In this document: one piece after another, positions 63,438 to 64,000 of the stretch | Layout: each line of letters opens with the position of its first letter | Position numbering within the stretch: the stretch's first letter is position 1 | DNA from: Ginglymostoma cirratum | Lineage: Eukaryota | Assembly: GCA_024137785.1 (NCBI GenBank) | Contig: JAHRHZ010000218.1 | Coordinates: 11,818,128 to 11,882,127, forward strand | Length of the DNA stretch: 64,000 nt | Reading direction: 5' to 3' | Notes under the pieces: generated by a model | What the model was told of the DNA's origin: nothing | The model's input: the letters and a program-made list of their open reading frames with translations, nothing else | Database searches by the model: none | Program-made: the position numbers and the translations under genes

Positions 63438-63912
63438 ATCTTCAAGTTTAATTAACTTTTTTTAACCATTACTTTTGTACTATATAAACTGGAAATTACA
63501 AGAAAAAGAAATTCCTTGAACTAACCACTGTGCTCATTTGGAAAGTTCCATTTTCAAAATGATTGGTGTTGAAACACAATGACAAACAGCAGCAGCTCAA
63601 CAAATAATCCACTCAAGACTTTCCTGTGATGTCACTGTTATTATGTTTCTTTGCTGCTGCATCACATTCTGTAGGCTTTGTCCCCCGGTTTCTGAAGGTA
63701 GCTCCCTGCTGTGCGCATACTTTGTGCCATTATTTACAAAGGTCCCTTCTCCACCTTCTCCCATGCTGTTTCCAAATCATCTGGCAGCATACTCTGTCCC
63801 ACCATTTATGAAGCTGCTGGCCCCACACTCTGTTGCATTTTTTTCAAAAACTGCTGCCTCTATTCTCCCCCACTCCTTATGAAGCTGCTGCTGGAACAAT
63901 CTTTTGCACTTT

Positions 63913-64000
63913 TTCAGAAGCTGCTGTCTCTGGGCTCTCACTTGTGCTGTTTCAGAAGCTCCTGTCCCTGCTCTCTCTCTTGTGTTGTTTCAGAAGCTGC
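63913..64000. repeat. About 38-bp minisatellite, runs off the window edge
   Basis: Unit ttcagaagct.ctgtc.ctg..ctctc.cttgtg.tgt repeated; looser gaagctgctg units from about 63810. Confidence 0.75.

Noticed and set aside
57584-64000. Next exon carrying the DHHC cysteine-rich domain
   Set aside because: No CxxC...HC...DHxC-coding segment was found by eye; the candidate acceptor near 59896 hits a stop within a few codons. The exon is presumably beyond the window.

Overview
Vertebrate genomic DNA, most likely an elasmobranch (shark), judged from HE1-type V-SINEs, SacSINE1-like pieces and HER1/CR1-type LINEs. One spliced host gene runs on the + strand. Seven GT-AG coding exons (40-185, 601-1007, 17394-17464, 30975-31037, 44876-45018, 55227-55323, 57431-57583) join in phase into 360 uninterrupted codons encoding ankyrin repeats, two TM helices and a DPG motif. 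This is the N-terminal half of an ankyrin-repeat DHHC protein S-acyltransferase that, from recall, resembles Drosophila Patsas more than ZDHHC13/17; the DHHC exon was not found in the window. The introns (0.4-16 kb) are mostly decayed transposons: CR1 LINEs, tRNA-SINEs, Gypsy and Harbinger relics. The most striking non-genic signal is a dense set of Penelope-like (GIY-YIG) insertions of 65 bp to 2 kb. Many are inverted twin-arm structures with 10-18 bp target-site duplications and minimal hammerhead ribozyme motifs. Nearly all ORFs in the supplied track are repeat fragments or noise. Repeat boundaries were read by eye and are approximate; family names come from recalled motifs, not a database search.
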